From Acanthaster planci (taxonomy: Eukaryota), in NCBI RefSeq assembly GCF_001949145.1, contig NW_019091358.1, positions 1,870,240 through 1,934,239 on the forward strand: DNA of 64,000 bases. The letters are read 5' to 3'. This document shows, one piece after another, positions 54,093-64,000 of the stretch. The notes beneath the pieces are model-generated. The model saw nothing but the letters and a program-made list of their open reading frames with translations. It was not told the origin of the DNA and ran no database searches. The stretch's first letter is position 1, and each line of letters begins with the position of its first letter. The position numbers were made by a program, and so were the translations under genes.

Positions 54093-55052
54093 ATGACTGC
54101 CGAATTTACTGCTGATGTTGATGACAGCGATGACGCAGTCAGGAAAAGGATCGCAAACGGAGAAATGAAAACTGATTACAGTGCCTCTTTGCGGAGAGCT
54201 GCGAACTCTTCATCTCCTGAAACCCTGGGTGACGGGGAAGGTGACCCGGGAGAGGTACCGTACCGGGACCGGTACGGAAGTACGGGCAGCAGTGGCTCGC
54301 TCAACCCACACAAACGGCGATTTGCTGACGTGAAACCTCCCTACTCCTACATTGCTCTGATCACGATGTCGATCCAGAACTCCAAAGATGGGATGGTGAC
54401 GTTGAACGACATCTATTCCTTCATTATGGACAAATTCCCCTACTTCAGAGACAATCAGCAGCGTTGGCAGAACTCCATTCGCCACAACCTGTCCCTGAAC
54501 GATTGCTTTATTAAGATCCCTCGGGCACCGGGTCGTCCTGGGAAGGGAAACTACTGGGCACTCCATCCAGACTGCGGGGACATGTTCAGCAATGGTAGCT
54601 TTCTGCGACGAGCTAAACGCTTCAAAGTGAGCAAACGGAGGAACGAGCCGGCACAGATACAACACGTCAATTCCTACGGACACTTCAGCTTGTATGCGCC
54701 CAGCTATCCATCCACGGCTTACCACAGGGATCGGGCGCTGAATTCTTATCCATCCCACTATCAATCCAGCCTTCAACAATCGAGACAGTACCCGTCTTCC
54801 TACGAATCTTTCACGGATTCTCCATGGGCCACAACGGCTCCACCCACCCAGCCCTACTGCGGGGCCGCCCCCTGCTACCCGTCCACGGCGATTGCACCCA
54901 GCACCGGCTACCTGTCCGTCGGGGGAATGTCGGCCGTGCAGACGGCGCATCACGCCGCGGCGTCTTTACCCACCTACCCTGCCATACAGCAAAGTTATGG
55001 GTCGAGTTCATGTTGTCAGATGGGCCGAAGAATTCCACAACACTCTTTGTAA
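54093..55052 (+). CDS. foxAB: Forkhead-box transcription factor, intronless, 319 aa, most similar to FoxAB
   Basis: Complete forkhead domain [109 protein letters not shown] and HP.CGDMF.NG are FoxA/B-like, while [10 protein letters not shown] and RRAKRFK suggest FoxAB. The first ATG is at 54093 (the track start is a TTG). The forkhead call is firm; the subclass needs phylogeny. Confidence 0.9.
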   Translation: MTAEFTADVDDSDDAVRKRIANGEMKTDYSASLRRAANSSSPETLGDGEGDPGEVPYRDRYGSTGSSGSLNPHKRRFADVKPPYSYIALITMSIQNSKDGMVTLNDIYSFIMDKFPYFRDNQQRWQNSIRHNLSLNDCFIKIPRAPGRPGKGNYWALHPDCGDMFSNGSFLRRAKRFKVSKRRNEPAQIQHVNSYGHFSLYAPSYPSTAYHRDRALNSYPSHYQSSLQQSRQYPSSYESFTDSPWATTAPPTQPYCGAAPCYPSTAIAPSTGYLSVGGMSAVQTAHHAAASLPTYPAIQQSYGSSSCCQMGRRIPQHSL

Positions 55053-55293
55053 TTATCACACTTGCTTTTGTAAGACATCGTAAAACTGTTCAGAATATAA
55101 ACATCTAAAAACAGAAAAAGAACCCAACTGTACGTTCAACAGGCATTGTTCTTGTTCCTATAAAATGTTGCTATGCTAAATTACATCGGCTGAAAATATA
55201 ATGCGTAATAACTTATACCTATTAGAACGCAGTTTGTCTCATCAGAGAATTTCTGCTTCCGTATGTCCACAGTTTGTGGAGTGTAGTTTGCCC

Positions 55294-55299
55294 AATAAA
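55294..55299 (+). other. Candidate polyadenylation signal of the Fox gene
   Basis: AATAAA about 240 bp downstream of the stop codon. Confidence 0.4.
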
Positions 55300-55626
55300 G
55301 ATATTTTCCCGCTTTAGATTCTATGAAACTCCACTTGTTACAATTGATAGTCAAGTCCGTTAAACTTGCCAAGAATGAACAGTTCAAAGATTCCTTCCTT
55401 GCTCTCCAATCTATAAGCTTCACAACGAAGTTACGAAAGTCCTGGGGCCGGCTGACTTTACAGTGAAACAAGCGGTGGTAACTTTGTGCAAGCAAGTTTT
55501 AAATGTACATGTACAACATCCAAAAGTGTGGGCTATTTTTGTTCCAATTAATCTGTTGTCTTTAACTAAACTTCTCCACTGAGGGACTATGTTAATTGCG
55601 TTACTCGCACACAGATATATTGTATT

Positions 55627-55812
55627 CAGTGGCATATCCAGCGGTAGGAGCAGATGGACAAATTGCCCCCCCCCCGTATTTTTTTTAATTGATTGAAAGC
55701 ACCTGCATTTCAGAACGGTATTACTGCCTTTTGGGGGACGAGGACTCTTTCACAAATGGTAAACACTGGGCAATCGGTTTCGAAAAAATCCACCCCGACC
55801 TGTACGCCACTG
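55627..55812. mobile_element. Small MITE-like element
   Basis: Inverted ends CAGTGGCATATCCAG...CTGTACGCCACTG, with an internal C-run. Confidence 0.45.
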
Positions 55813-58573
55813 ACGAATCGCGCAAATTTCTGAAACGCTGTGTTCTGTCGTTCTTTACTGCAGTGCCGTCACCAAAATGCAAAAATTTAAATGTCGCCCG
55901 TGTGTGGGTTTCATTTCAACGAAATGTTTCTTTATCATGTTCGGTTTAATAGAAACAATAATAAATTTCGAAGCAGTTCAGGAATCAGCTACTATCTCAA
56001 ATGGGCAACGAGCTTCTTATTTTCGTATCCAGTTGCTTCTGTACTGAATTGCTCTGAACTGAAATATTTCCCGTTAAAAGTTGAAAGTTCTCTGTGACAA
56101 TCATAAGTGACATCACCATTTACGAAGTCTCACCAGAACGATCGTCTCTTCTCTACACAGGCCACCCATAGTCTGATGAAATTGCATTAGTTTGTTAAAC
56201 GTTTTGACAGTAACGTAGTTAGTTTGGTATAAACTGATTTCAACCATTTTGAGGTAATTGTGTCATTTATATCTAAAGTGTCTTTACTGTACATATTTTT
56301 AAAACCTGTACATATATCTGATGGCATGATGGCCAGAAAGCAACCAACTCTTATAACTAACATTCCTCATTTTTTACTAACAGAAAAAAAAATACTCAAG
56401 ACTGTTAAATTCTGTGCTAAATATTAAAGTGCATAGGTAGTCCCGACACTCTTGTTCATCTAAGTTAACACACTAAATAACTAAGAACTCACTTTATAGC
56501 AAAAAACAGGTACTTAGTACAGTAAACGAACAAAGGTAATGGACTAGAGTTACAAAAGAAAATAATTTTACAAAAAAGCCCCTAAATCATTCAAACCACG
56601 GCTTTTCATTTGTATAAAGTGTCAAAATAAATTTATTACGAACGATATCTTGATGGAAATTTTTTGTCTGTTTATTTATTGAAATTCGCTTTATCACCGG
56701 GGTCACGATGTTTAGAAGGTAGACGAGCAACAGACACCAGGAAAGACTAAAAATGTGACAGTTTTGTGTAGTGTGTGTTACTTACTGCTCTAGGTAATTG
56801 CTATGGCAAACGCCGAACAACGAAATTTCAAATTACGAGAAATTGATACCGTTTTTATTAAAAATCGTTTTATTCCATACTTTGTACACTTTTGGAACCC
56901 CCAAAAGATAGCACTTGATTGTAATTTTCATGGTCTACGCTTAAAGATTCATTTAAGTTTAAAACAAAACCAAGTACATGAATGGGAATATTTTGTTTTG
57001 CATCTCGTTTTGCCAACAAAAGCAATAGCCATCTTTCGAGACCTTTAAACCGAATGTTCTTTGCAGTGTTGTAGCCCGGTATTTTTTTCCGAGTTCACTT
57101 AACAAAAATGACTTGGCTAGTAGGAAACGTAGCCAGAGAACATGGGCATTGAATTGTACATTCACAAAGATATGATAACAAAATAAAATTCATCCCATCA
57201 CTTAGCACTAAAAATAAGTTTTTACAATGAAAATATTCGAAAGGTACTCGACCATGTACTATTTTCGAGTTTCTTCTCGAAACCTTTTATGTTTTGGTTA
57301 ATAACTCAGACTCTAAAGACCATCATTCATCAAGCTCTATGCAGCTGAGCCATGCACACCAACCAATCAGTTAACATGTCCTTTACGCGTTTACTGTCCA
57401 ATGCCCATGTTGTCTAGCATTGTTCCCTCCTGATCATTTCAATATTTAGCCTGAGCTTGTGTACTCGAAAAGTGCGTTATTGCAATACTGGCTCTTGGGT
57501 ATTTTGTACTCAATAGAAATTCCTCTTGATTCTCCACCAGAGAGATTAATAACGAGGCCTTTAGAAGAGCGAAAACTAACTTGAATTTAGTGATTATCAC
57601 ATTCAAACATGCTGGTCTGATGAAGATTGTCTCATAACCTTCATGGTTCTCGATAAAGGCAAGTGTTCAAATGTTGATGTTGACATGTGGGTTCTCTCCT
57701 ATTGTTTGTTGTTGGCCCCTCTTGACCCACAAAGATAAAACGTTGTCTATCACATAACTTCGGTGGCAGGGGATATGAAAATTAATCCAGTGCCTGCTAG
57801 GTTCGGTAGAAACTTTATAAAGAAAAGGGAAAAGAATGAAGAAAAAGTCCCTTTCTTTTCTGAAAACCATTATAATTCGTGCAATTTTGCTATTAAGTTT
57901 GTTGTTTATTTAAAAACAGTAAAGACACTTTTAGGAAGAAATGATGATGGACTTCATCTCCATTATTTAGCGACTTCAGCAATTGTACACACCCAAGTCT
58001 CACTTAAAGTTCAGTATTGTCCACATAGAGCCTTTAGATGTGTTTTGTTTGGCTGAATAAAAACTGACCTGTGCTTTACTTCTTGCACCAACTCGGCAAT
58101 TGTGCCTGCTTAACTTGAAAAGATACAGGGCCTGGCGAATTCAGTCCTGTCACCTTTGATGGATCGGTGCGTTCAGGGCATTTTTAATCGAGTGTTTGAC
58201 GTAACATAAAAACCTATTCCTCGCTCCCACCTGCAGGCTTTATATGATTAATGCCGCCCGTATCACTTCCTGCCGGGTATATATTTCTAAGGCGCAAGAA
58301 ACAGATCCTTGTATTCTTTATTTTTCAATCATTCTGGGAATTCAAACAAGCAAGACCTCCGAGTTATTTGAGCCGGACACAATTCTAAAGTCTACCTCAA
58401 ATAAATTGCATCGCACCATCATAAAATTAGGATCGTCCTGATAGCGGATTAAATCCATATCTTTGGCCACACTATAGGAAAATAACATTTGCTGATGGAC
58501 GACTGGACTTTTGATGTAGGTAAAAAGAATGAAAGCCTGTTTAAATAGGAAAGTTAACAGAATTCAGTGTCAT

Positions 58574-58800
58574 GGGGCGACACTGGTGGCCAGTGAGTAA
58601 CGCAATGCGACTCTCACCACTGTGGCCCGACTTCGATTGCCTTGCCGGCCGTTTTGTGAGAAGACGGTTTTCAAAGATTTCTGTGCCAAAGAGTTTTCAG
58701 GTTTTCCTCCCTCGCGAACTTTTCAACTGCGTTATCTAGAAACTGGATAGGGTTTGATAAGATCGACGAAAAAAACAGATGACTACTGTTTCGCCACTAA
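58574..58800 (+). mobile_element. tRNA-derived SINE, degenerate
   Basis: GGGGC..GGTGGCCAGTGAGTAA (A-box-like), CTCACCACTGTGGCCCGACTTCGATTGCC (B-box-like), then TGTG..GGTTTTCCTCCC, typical of invertebrate SINE bodies. Confidence 0.55.
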
Positions 58801-61800
58801 TTTTCCTTTTCTTATGGGGGCGGTGAGATTTTTGTTTGAGTTCTCCCCGTTTCTGCCGATGAGAGCTGTGTAATGGGCGGACACTTACAAAAGCTTACTT
58901 GTGATATTTGGCCTTTGTTTTCAGTGATCACAACGACACACAACACGATCTGCACAAGCACTTTAACCCATCAGCGACCACAAGACACTGGCCGCGCTTA
59001 CCTTTAACACAACAGCTGAGCGAAATCCGCTTCCACCAACAGTGGCCAAGAAGCCCTACCCGTGTCGGGCCAGTGTCCGACGTGCTGCTGGAAAGCAGCC
59101 CTCAATGTCGCGCAACGAAAATACGAAACCATAGAATTAAATGGTCCTAGCAAAATACACTGGTTGACAGATGATAGAATGCATCAGTAACAACAAAACA
59201 GGTTTCTTTTCGTTTTTTTTTCATGTTGAACAATTCCGATACCGCTGTTCTTCCGCTGTTCTTCTTCGTGAACCAATGCGAGACTAGCTTGGAATTGGAA
59301 TTACAAACTGCAAGCAGTTCGTGGAAATGGAGGGCTTCTCTGTTTTCAGTCATTCAAATCTGTGGGAAGTCAATACGAAATCGAGAATTATTGTAGAATT
59401 CGAATTGGTGATGGCTGATTAGACTAGAAATGTGTCAAAGCGAGCATACTTTACTGAGCATGGGCAAACCGAGTGTTCAACTGCGTGTTGAACACAAAAA
59501 AGGCAAGCCAAAAGTGACACCATCAAAATCTGTTTACGAAACACCAAACACGGTACCAAAACAACAAAACTTCCTCCTCTTCTCAGTGTATTTCAAAAGA
59601 ATTTAGAAATAAATCTAAATGTGTGGAGGGAAATTGATAGAACTGGATAAATACCTTCCGAGATCGAGTTAATCTATAGAATTGAGTTAGTGTTGCTGTG
59701 TACAAAATGGAGGTTAAGTTTGTTTTCTGAAGTTGCTTTGCATGTTCGTATAGCGATGCTTGATTAATATTAGAGCCCAGAAAAGGCTCTCTGGAAAAGT
59801 GCTTTATTCTTCTAACAACCCAATATCACAGATACAGTAATTAGAACGAAGCTAAAAAAATTGCGTTGTTACTTTGTCGAAGATGCGTCTGAAAGCGTGC
59901 GTGCGATAAAAAGCATGCTTTATCCCGAAGCTATCTCCTGAAATGTTGTTATGCTTCTTTGCAAAATAGGGAACCGCGGAATGGAGCAGTTTTCAAATTG
60001 GAAAGAAAACTGTTTTGCGAAGCTGCGGGCGACCAAACATCCTTTTTTGCTGTCCTTTCAATTGAATTCCGATCGCTGTACAAATACATTAAAGTAACCA
60101 TTGTCGATCCCATTAGTTTATTTAATATCCTGGGGCTCTGCATCCTGCTAACATTGTCCCTAACAATTGTCTTTAAATGTATACGCCCCGTCTTGCCAGG
60201 CCGCCACTCCTCCGAGAGCAAGTGGACAAAAATTTGGCTTGAGAACAAAAAAAATGAATATCGCCGGTAGGTGCAAAATGTTTGCAGGAAAGAATGACAT
60301 TTTTGCTTGTTTCTGTTTCTTGAAAGACCGAGAGAAAAACAAGTCAATCAGGACGTCGTTGAGCTACTCAGTCTCAGCTGCAAGGGGAAGGCAAGAAGTC
60401 AGCAAACAACCCGAGGGGCGTTTGGATGGATACATTTAACGATGGTGTATCGGGCCGGCGAGTCTGCTGGTTGTCTATTCAACATCTCCGCGTGTGCGCA
60501 CATCACCAGTGTCACTGGGGAGGGTATACCGGTATCTGCCCCCCGTGGTGTCATTTTTGAAATTTGGACGTTGCGTAAACCCCCGGGGAGGCGCTCAGTG
60601 GGGATACTTTTTCCGGGGGAGGACAAGGGAAAACAAAAAGACAGGAAATTATACGACGTGGAAGGACTGTGAATGGTGGTCCAGACTAACTTGATGAGCA
60701 GGGGTAGGATAATGGGAGGTTTAACTAACCGCAGTCGGGAAATAATGAATGGTGGTCTGCCCGCTGCTTAAAATGACCGAAATTTGTAAACAAGACAAAT
60801 TGAAGCATTGTCGGCGCGTAGGTAATTGCAATTGCGTAGGGAAGATAAATTGGTGGAATCTTCCCACCTCTTTGGTTGGAGGGGGTGGAGAGTAGACAGA
60901 ACCTAACTTTACTGGTAGGGACAAAAAATGTGCAATGAAAAACATGTAGGCCTATGACACGAATTTTAGAGCACAGTTTGAGACGCATAGGGCCTGGGAA
61001 GTGTGTGGTTTAATATCTCTTTGCTTGGTAGACTTTGGCTAGTAGGTCAGGTGTTGTTAAGTCTGGTTGGAATGAGACTTCAGAAGTTCCAGAACAAGAC
61101 TTCAAACATTCGATCAAAACATGAACCCTTAACACATTGTTATCAGTAAATTTTGGCAACATTGATATTCCCGTATTCAGTGTGCAAAAAAGCATGCTTT
61201 GCGTTGAGTCTTAGAAGTCAATCGACGCCTCTCTAGTTAGCGCGATCCTCGCTGGCAAAAACGACATGGGCGCGGTGTGAATCAGGTAAGTGGCTTGTTT
61301 TACGTGACTTGACTTGCCCTGAACCCCCTCAACTGACATAAACATGTTTGGTAACCAAGACAGAAAACGTGCATTTATTTATGGCACACGGTAAAACCCA
61401 GCAGCTCTATCTGATTGCAACCTATCCGTTTCCGCTGGGAATTCAGAGTTGTTAACGGCGTAGGTCCAGGCTGCCCGCGGCGCGGCCAACATGTTGACTT
61501 TACCCAAGGATGGACGGCAGCCCACAGCCGCAATACGGCACCATTCAAGAGGCCAACAATGATCAACATCCCTTGATTTTGCTATTCATTGGCAGGTACA
61601 AAGAAAGATGAAGTGGACATTTGGAGAATCCGATCAATATTGACTAAAGAGAGATACATGTGCAAGCAGGGTGGGCTGTTCCGCCAAGTTCTCCTGCACC
61701 CACTCCACCCAAGAGCAACACATAGCGATCATGGGCTTGTTGAAAGCAAGTTACACAAACACACAGCCGGAAACGTATTTCATCTTAATGCACAAAACCC

Positions 61801-62378
61801 TTGTCAACTTTAATTGTTCAGTTTCACTAGATCCATATTCTGTTACTACAGATTGGCTACGAAATTAGTGCAATGCTTGTTTTGCATATTGAAAAGGGCA
61901 GCGAATCTGAGGAAGACGTGCGGAGTTGCAAGTTCCCACTTGTCTCAGTATCAGTGTTTGAAAGACAATCCTGGATTTTAAAAACCTCAACGTTCCTATT
62001 TTTTTCTCAAATTGCCTAAAGACGCGGGAAAAAGCACCGTAGACTCCAAAAATTACTGTGGGTATGCCCCGATCCCCAAAGACCCCTCAAAGATTGCCTA
62101 ATTTGCCAACTCTTCGTATCCGTGACTAAAGTTTGGAGAAATATCGACCATGGTTGGTGCCACATTTTGCTGCACTATTTTGTCGGTGGCATGTTCGGTG
62201 TCCTTTCTCTGTGGTTTAAGTCGATGATTGACAAAAGTACGACTATGGCGCTGAAAGAGCAGACCGAAAAGCACAGGGCAGGCAAACGCACCCTTCCAAT
62301 CCCTATGCTTTTCTTAAAGGTAGATACACCCTCGACTTTTCGGGTCGGTTGGTGAGACAAAACAACAACAACAATTTA

Positions 62379-62412
62379 CAACAACAACAACAGCAACAAC
62401 AACGACAACAAA
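62379..62412 (+). repeat. (CAA)n microsatellite, imperfect
   Basis: Direct inspection. Confidence 0.85.
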
Positions 62413-64000
62413 GATAGCTCAGTTTCTCTCGTGGATTACTGTCATAACGTATAAGTCTAATATTGGGTTCTTCTGATTACTTAGGCATTTCTTTTCAATC
62501 AAATCTCAGGGTTTTCACAGATGAAACTGGGTAGTGCTGTACAGAACTTTATTGGCTCCCTATAAACACAATCACCGTATGTAGGGCTTCGTGTGAGGGC
62601 CACGGAAAAGGAAGTTCTAAGGGCATGTTTTACTCTTCTGCCCTAAGTCGTCTTTCTTATTTTGCTGCTCTTAGGAAACATCGCATTTGCTGCGAACATT
62701 TACTTAAGTGGCCTTTTGTTCGAATGTCCGAAGATGTAGAAAAGCAGGCCTAGCAAGGCGAGCAAAAACCTCTCCGCGGGCGCTATCCGATCAATAGTCG
62801 CATCACGAGAGAGTAACAGTTTCGTAAGTCACCGCCGCCGGCTATTTGAATGAGCATCTGAGCCCGCTGCATGTGACGAACCCTGCCGTTTTGCCATTTT
62901 CTCGGAGTGGCTTCTGAAGGAGACAATTACTCGTCAGAAGTCGACCGGGCCTTCAAAGGCGGCGTTGAAGGCTCGGGCGAAGATGCACCACTTAAAAAAC
63001 CCACCGCCGTTTACGTGGGCAAACAGCCGGGCAAATATTTTCGTATTGCGGGACAATCATGTGGGATTTTTTTCTTCTCGGGGTGGAAGGAACTTGCCTC
63101 ACGCGCTCCTGGCTATGCAGTTAACAATCGCTTTGGTTCTCCGTGGACCTCGGTGTTGACGGAGTCGAACAATGCCCCAGGACTGTGGCTTTAGCGCGGG
63201 GCAGTAGCAATTCCTTGCCTGCTGATAAATGCATGTTTACCGTAGTTCCACCAACTTCTCGCTCGTGGGGGTACTGCTTGATAAAAGAGGGTGTTTCTCC
63301 CACACAATCGGAGCTGCCAGTTACAGGAAAGAATGCTTCATCCCCGGACAAAACGAATAAGAGTTCCCAGTGACAGGTTGTTAGTCCCTTGAAAGGGGTT
63401 TGTGCACGTAAGTGTATCAATAAACCCACTCTAATTTGTCGTTAATAAAATAACCCCCTGATGGAGTGTTTGGACAGGGTAAATTGGTTTCGCTCACCGC
63501 TGTATTGACAACTACACAAACTTGTTATTTTGTGCGGAACAACTCATCAGCCGATATTTGTAACGCATTTCGGGCGTTGTGTAAAACAACCGTCCGAAAT
63601 TAATTGGCTCAACAGAACAATATGTTTTGGATCTAAACCATTGCCAAGCAAGAGCATAAAAGACTTGTCATGCCCTGCAGTTGAGTTGGCTGGCAACCAT
63701 GGGAATGACCGAGAAGACGACATACCTTGCCAAACGAAACCACTTGAGTTGTATAGCAAACGTTATCGACAAGGGTGGGTTTCAATTCTTAGGGAACATT
63801 AAAATTCAGCTCTGCTATGCCTTTGACTACATTAGAAGAACACAGTCTGAGCAATGTTATTCTGATCCGGCAGAGTGTCACATGAAGAAGGCGAACTAAT
63901 TATGTAATCTGAAAATGAACATTTCGCAACAAGATCTAAAAATACGTAAACTAGGTTTGCACCGTTAACCAACTGGAATGAAATAAACTCTGTTCTTAGT

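Noticed and set aside
54210..54953. 247-aa minus-strand ORF
   Set aside because: It is the antisense shadow of the GC-rich Fox CDS and has no recognisable domain.
58574..58650. tRNA gene
   Set aside because: The A/B boxes are degenerate and there is no cloverleaf or acceptor stem; it is better explained as a SINE head.

Overview
Eukaryotic (animal, probably marine invertebrate) AT-rich genomic DNA with one 239-bp N gap. It holds two host genes arranged head-to-head, with ATGs about 3.6 kb apart. (i) A 7-exon minus-strand gene (50482->27427) splices to a clean 357-aa zinc-dependent MDR alcohol dehydrogenase that resembles the bacterial 'putative phosphonate-catabolism-associated ADH' (HpnZ-like/TM0436-like) family. 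(ii) An intronless plus-strand forkhead gene (54093-55052) is most like FoxAB. The left third is a nest of decayed mobile elements: a BEL/Pao integrase remnant, a Rex1/Babar-type LINE split by a hAT-type MITE (8-bp TSD), a DIRS-like gag remnant, a ~72-bp minisatellite with higher-order structure, a 4-kb intron-containing THAP/P-element (TIRs and 8-bp TSD) inserted into that minisatellite, and an Academ-like fragment. ADH intron 1 carries a full-length degenerate Tc1. The most unusual signal is a pervasive TA->TACATGTA (6-bp CATGTA) insertion process, visible as clean gains in repeat copies, in a hairpin arm and in transposase reading frames. It is dense in the ADH introns and nearly absent around the Fox gene. 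All family assignments come from motif recognition, not database searches.
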